A stretch of DNA of 63,724 bases, filler included, from Lenisia limosa (lineage: Eukaryota; Protista; Breviatea), in assembly GCA_001655205.1 (NCBI GenBank). It is 16 parts of 16 records of this genome, joined end to end, with 100 filler letters (N's around TTAATTAATTAA, not from the genome) between each part and the next. Parts side by side here need not be neighbours in the genome. Positions count along the whole stretch, not along the records: positions 58,976 to 60,007 come from LPNZ01000645.1; positions 60,108 to 61,751 come from LPNZ01007139.1; positions 61,852 to 63,724 come from LPNZ01010003.1; 13 more parts are not named here. One strand, 5' to 3'. The notes under the pieces are model-generated. The model had not been told where the DNA came from. It searched no databases and saw only the letters and a program-made list of their open reading frames with translations. Of the stretch, positions 59,255 to 63,724 are shown piece after piece. The first letter of the stretch is position 1. Every line of letters starts with the position of its first letter. A program made the position numbers and the translations under genes.

Positions 59255-60007
59255 CACGGAACTAATGCGGTCATTGGCTTCGACCAGGTCGCGAGTGAGT
59301 TGAATGACCTCGTTCCTCAGCTCGTCCGCCTCCACCATGAGGTGTGTTGAGCTTTGGTTGCGACCGGACTGGAGACGTCTGGAGTGTAAAAGTGGAAAAG
59401 CAAGATGGGGAGAGGGGGAGAGAGGCCATTATTCAGAACAACTATGTTCCCCCCCTACTCAGAGGTGCTGCTGATCGGAGGAGGGTGGGACTCTTTGCGT
59501 GCTAAAAGGTGAGAAACAAAGGAGAGAAAACAAATGAAAAAAGTAGAAAAAGAAAAAGAGATATTATATTTAATTCACCCATATTTGCCTTTCAACTCTG
59601 TGCACACAGCTTTCTGCGTGCCTCCATATCAATACGCCCCCACCTACATTTTTCCAGGGCCTGGAACGCCTTAGTCAAGATGGCCATTTCGTTGTCCAGA
59701 GACGCGATTGTGGCTTCGCGTGACGCCACCACCGCCTCCAGTTCGGCTGAAAGGGTGAGGAAACAAAAGAAAACAAAACAAAAAAAGTATGAAAAAGTAA
59801 TTACAAACATAGTAGGTTATGGTATGGTGTTGTAAATATTACAAATCCGAGTAAATGAACCTGGTAAACTCGTCATCCTCCCACCCATTTTGGCATTCAA
59901 GTCCACTTCGGCCATTCTCTGGGTCGATAATTGGGCCTGAAGTCGTGCCAGTTCTGTCTCGGCATGCACTAACTGGCTGTTGAGCATCGATTCTGATGCC
60001 GGCGGTT
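59255..60007 (-). CDS. Coiled-coil protein fragment
   Basis: MLNSQLVHAETELARLQAQL..|AELEAVVASREATIASLDNEMAILTKAFQALEK|..EADELRNEVIQLTRDLVEANDRISSVEE; heptad-like pattern. Confidence 0.5.
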
Positions 60008-60260
60008 NNNNNNNNNNNNNNNNNNNNNNNNNNNNNNNNNNNNNNNNNNNNTTAATTAATTAANNNNNNNNNNNNNNNNNNNNNNNNNNNNNNNNNNNNN
60101 NNNNNNNTCGCGCTACCACTGTGAGAGGGTCTCTCAATTGCCTTTGGTTGTTTGGTCGTGTGTTATTTTTATTATTTATTTTTTTCTTGGGGGGTCATTA
60201 ATTTTCTAACTTTCCTCACTTTTGTTTTCTTCTTATTTTTTACTCCCCTGACATTTGCAG

Positions 60261-60880
60261 TTTGAGGGTCGCGAGCAACTTGCCTTCCAAGCCTTTGCTG
60301 AAGCCCTTCTCGTTATCCCCAAGCAGGTTGGTGACGAACTTTAAGAAAAGAAGAAAGGAAAATATATAAATGAATGTCTACTACTACCCCCCAACAGATT
60401 TCATAATATTGAACTTAGAGATAAATTTGGGCCCGAAATTTTTTTCATACTATTTCCCGATTTCACCCCCCCCCCCCCCNNNNNNNNNNNNNNNNNNNNN
60501 NNNNNNNNNNNNNNNNNNNNNNNNNNNNNNNNNNNNNNNNNNNNNNNNNNNNNNNNNNNNNNNNNNNNNNNNNNNNNNNNNNNNNNNNNNNNNNNNNNNN
60601 NNNNNNNNNNNNNNNNNNNNNNNNNNNNNNNNNNNNNNNNNNNNNNNNNNNNNNNNNNNNNNNNNNNNNNNNNNNNNNNNNNNNNNNNNNNACGTCACTG
60701 ACCCCCTCATAGCCTCCGTCATAATTCCTTTCTTTTTTAACCCTCTCAGCCGCCGGTATTATGGAGCCAGCCATGTCTAAGATCAAATCCCTGCAGTTCG
60801 CCACCGAGGCCGCCATCACAATCATGCGTATCGACGACCTCATCAAACTCGTGGACCCCCAGCAGCAGCAGCAACAATAG
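60261..60880 (+). CDS. TCP1: Chaperonin CCT alpha subunit, 3' part
   Basis: FEGREQLAFQAFAEALLVIPK and EPAMSKIKSLQFATEAAITIMRIDDLIKL..QQQQQQ*, typical of the CCT-alpha C-terminus. Confidence 0.9.
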
Positions 60881-62711
60881 GTCATTTTAAGGTTAATTAT
60901 GTACAGTAGTCTAATTCCATTAACATTTGGTGACTTGGGGGCTATGATATATTATGATACAATTACCATGGGGAGGAAGGGCATTATGTTTGCTTGTGGA
61001 GGGAAGGTTTTGCATGTAGTAGAGTTCTTAATGAATTTCAGTGCGTGATGTGTCCAGTGCGTACATGATTTCTTGTTTGCAGTGTGGTAATTCAGAAAAT
61101 TGTCATGGATGCAGTTAGAAAATTGTTCTAAGACGCCTTCTTTGAAACAGGCCGCGTTCTAAAATGTTCAGAGGTCCCAAAAAATTCATTTTTCACGAAG
61201 ATCTAAATGGTTCGTCAGGGGAAAAGACGCTTTCTTCCAAATTATACCTGAAGCTGCCGAGTTTTCCCTAAACCAAGCGCTAAAGTTTTAAACACTGCAA
61301 CCTGTAATTGTAATAAATGTTTGGCTGAAACCCCGACAACGCCGGACTGGTCTGGATCCACAATAACATGGCAACTTGTACATATTAACACTACTATGTG
61401 CAATTTATACTACAATAGTTAGATAATAAGTTTAGATATTAATTACCATCACACTTATGAGAGTTGGTGAATTCATTCCACATCCGTTCAACTGTGTGTG
61501 TTCTTTACTTTCTCTTCCAAGTTAACATAACCCATATGAGCAATTTTTCTACAAGAGAGAGAAATACATTGATTGATCACACACCACCTCCAAAATACAC
61601 TAATAAACCTGACTAACAATAAATAACTGGGCCCCCGAAAACTACAAATCGTTAAATTAAATTAAAGAGATCATTATTTGATTGCACCCCCTCCGAAGGA
61701 CAATTCTTCACCCCATTTCCGAAGGATAAAGAAGTATAAAGGACCTCCCCCNNNNNNNNNNNNNNNNNNNNNNNNNNNNNNNNNNNNNNNNNNNNTTAAT
61801 TAATTAANNNNNNNNNNNNNNNNNNNNNNNNNNNNNNNNNNNNNNNNNNNNAACTCGGGATTATTGACGGTTTCGATGACGGCCTGTATGAACTGCTCAA
61901 ATAGGTCGTGTAAGCCTAGGTAGCTACACTGGTGAAAAAAAAAGAAAAAAAGAAACAAGAAACTGGTAAAAACATATAAATTTGTTTCTTGTTGGTTTGG
62001 AGTTTCAGATTATTCGGTTCGTGATTAATACCTTGACGACAATATTCTTCATCAAAATTTCCTTCATTTTACTCCCCCCCCCCCAAACAAGAGATTTGTA
62101 CTCGATCCATTTGGGCAGTATTCCTCAATCTAAACAGGTTAGGAAATAGAATGCATGTATTTGATTATGTGATATACTGAAAAAGGAAAAAAAAGGAGAA
62201 TTAACTTAACCAGATTAGGAAATAGAGGCAATAATCAATTTGGGGCTTGGAAGATATTTTGTAGATATACTAAATACGGAAGAAAAGATATTTTTTTTAA
62301 CCGAATGAGGAAATAGATCAGTGATGTCGAGAGAAACGAGGAAAAAAAAAGAGCATTTTCTGGCTGAAACTAAAAATACTGAAGATGTATAGTATATGGT
62401 ATTTTAGTTTCATGGTTTAATTCAAGGTATTTTCTTGTTACTAATAATAGCCATACTTAAGGTGGTCGTCCAATGAATATGATATAGTNNNNNNNNNNNN
62501 NNNNNNNNNNNNNNNNNNNNNNNNNNNNNNNNNNNNNNNNNNNNNNNNNNNNNNNNNNNNNNNNNNNNNNNNNNCAATATATACATGGTATATATTATAT
62601 ACATGTAGCTATAATATATATTGGACACCCTAGCTATATTATATCTTACTATCAGCAACAAATAGCAATAATTATCGCACCTTGTCTTTGTCAGTGAACA
62701 TACAGGGGTCG

Positions 62712-63270
62712 CTATACAGCAGGGTCTCTAGCTCTGGAATCTGGAAGGGGGAGTGAAATGCTGTTTTTGAAGTAATAGACAACAGAGAGAAACAAAACCC
62801 TAACAAAAAGTACCAAACAGTTACGAACCAGTGAGAGGGATAGTAGGAGTGTTGAGGGAACAGTGGNNNNNNNNNNNNNNNNNNNNNNNNNNNNNNNNNN
62901 NNNNNNNNNNNNNNNNNNNNNNNNNNNNNNNNNNNNNNNNNNNNNNNNNNNNNNNNNNNNNNNNNNNNNNNNNNNNNNNNNNNNNNNNNNNNNNNNNACC
63001 CCCCTCCCTCCCATAAGTCACATTTATAATATAGTATGTGATAATATTATGCACTGACCAGGATAAGTTTTGACCAATTTCCCCTGTGAAATCATCGAGC
63101 ATATTGGTCAAGATTTATCCCGGTCACTGTATATAGCAAAATCGGTCAAGAAGGTCACTACATACCACCCAGGAACCTCATTTATACTGCTGTCCAAGCT
63201 GTATTCATCCGATCCGGTCGCAAGAGCAGCATGCAAAGAGGCGGCTCGATTCATATCCTCATTGATCATT
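62712..63270 (-). CDS. Hypothetical gene fragments
   Basis: Exons DKMINEDMNRAASLHAALATGSDEYSLDSSINEVPGW and IPELETLLYSDP with GT-AG bounds. Confidence 0.3.
63051..63131. mobile_element. MITE family 2 copy
   Basis: CTGACCAGGATAAGTTTTGACCAAT ... ATTGGTCAAGATTTATCCCGGTCACTG-TA: imperfect terminal inverted repeat of about 25 bp. Confidence 0.72.
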
Positions 63271-63724
63271 TTATCTAAAATCGTAAATGGGGAGGGGGGA
63301 GGTGTGAAATTAGAAATTTATGAANNNNNNNNNNNNNNNNNNNNNNNNNNNNNNNNNNNNNNNNNNNNNNNNNNNNNNNNNNNNNNNNNNNNNNNNNNNN
63401 NNNNNNNNNNNNNNNNNNNNNNNNNNNNNNNNNNNNNNNNNNNNNNNNNNNNNNNNNNNNNNNNNNNNNNNNNNNNNNNNNNNNACTAAATGGAGTAAAT
63501 AAAACTGAAAAATTATGCAATTAATTGAAAAAATAATTTCAAAATTTGAAGTGCGACATATTATGTGAACTCAATTTCAGACACTTTAATTTCTTATTTT
63601 GTCAGTTTCTTCAAAAAAATTAATTGTACGGAGCCCCATAAAACACCCCGACCTCCAAACACGCCAGATGCACCCGTTTGACCATTGATCTGCGGATGCC
63701 TGAAAGGGACATTTGTGTGGCGTG

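Noticed and set aside
62712-63270. Nop56/Nop58/Prp31 assignment from the IPELETLL motif
   Set aside because: Flanking residues do not match the EWYxWHFPEL or RFPELESL consensus convincingly.
1-63724. Gene clusters or operon-like systems spanning the window; Fanzor/TnpB, retron, CRISPR-Cas or giant-virus genes
   Set aside because: The window is a concatenation of unrelated scaffolds, so cross-linker neighbourhoods are meaningless. I found no RuvC/zinc-finger, reverse transcriptase, capsid or integrase motifs by eye; an HMM search would be needed to exclude them fully.

Overview
Eukaryotic draft-genome sequence, not prokaryotic. About 16 short scaffolds are joined by an artificial linker (about 44 N + TTAATTAATTAA + about 44 N), so adjacency across linkers is not biological. 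The organism is an intron-rich protist with GT-AG spliceosomal introns and, in the genes that could be parsed, the standard genetic code; an amoebozoan is plausible but is inference only. Recognisable genes, mostly partial: VPS35, tRNA-Tyr(GTA) with intron, an FKBP PPIase head-to-head with a complete RAB1, VTI1, a U-box protein, PRIM2, a REJ/PKD-domain protein, a PMCA Ca2+-ATPase, a rhomboid protease, a possible RPC31/POLR3G, an alkaline ceramidase, TCP1/CCT-alpha, and two or three paralogous multi-pass membrane proteins. The most striking signal is in the introns. Besides tiny 29-45 nt introns, there is a class of 150-450 nt introns in unrelated genes that share sequence modules (called A, B and C here), nearly always in the sense orientation. 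Modules A and B usually supply the 3' splice site. These introns have G-rich 5' ends and C-rich 3' ends that are degenerate inverted repeats, and one module acts as an acceptor (..CCCCAG) in some introns and, inverted, as a donor (GTGGGG..) in another. This pattern suggests an intron-generating (introner-like) or intron-targeting TIR element family. Also present: two families of short palindromic MITE-like elements, a 1.5-kb TIR-bounded element with an unrecognised ORF, a near-perfect 125-bp inverted repeat, a 43-bp minisatellite and a probable decayed Mutator-like transposase. Exon boundaries were parsed by eye and coordinates of hypothetical genes are approximate.
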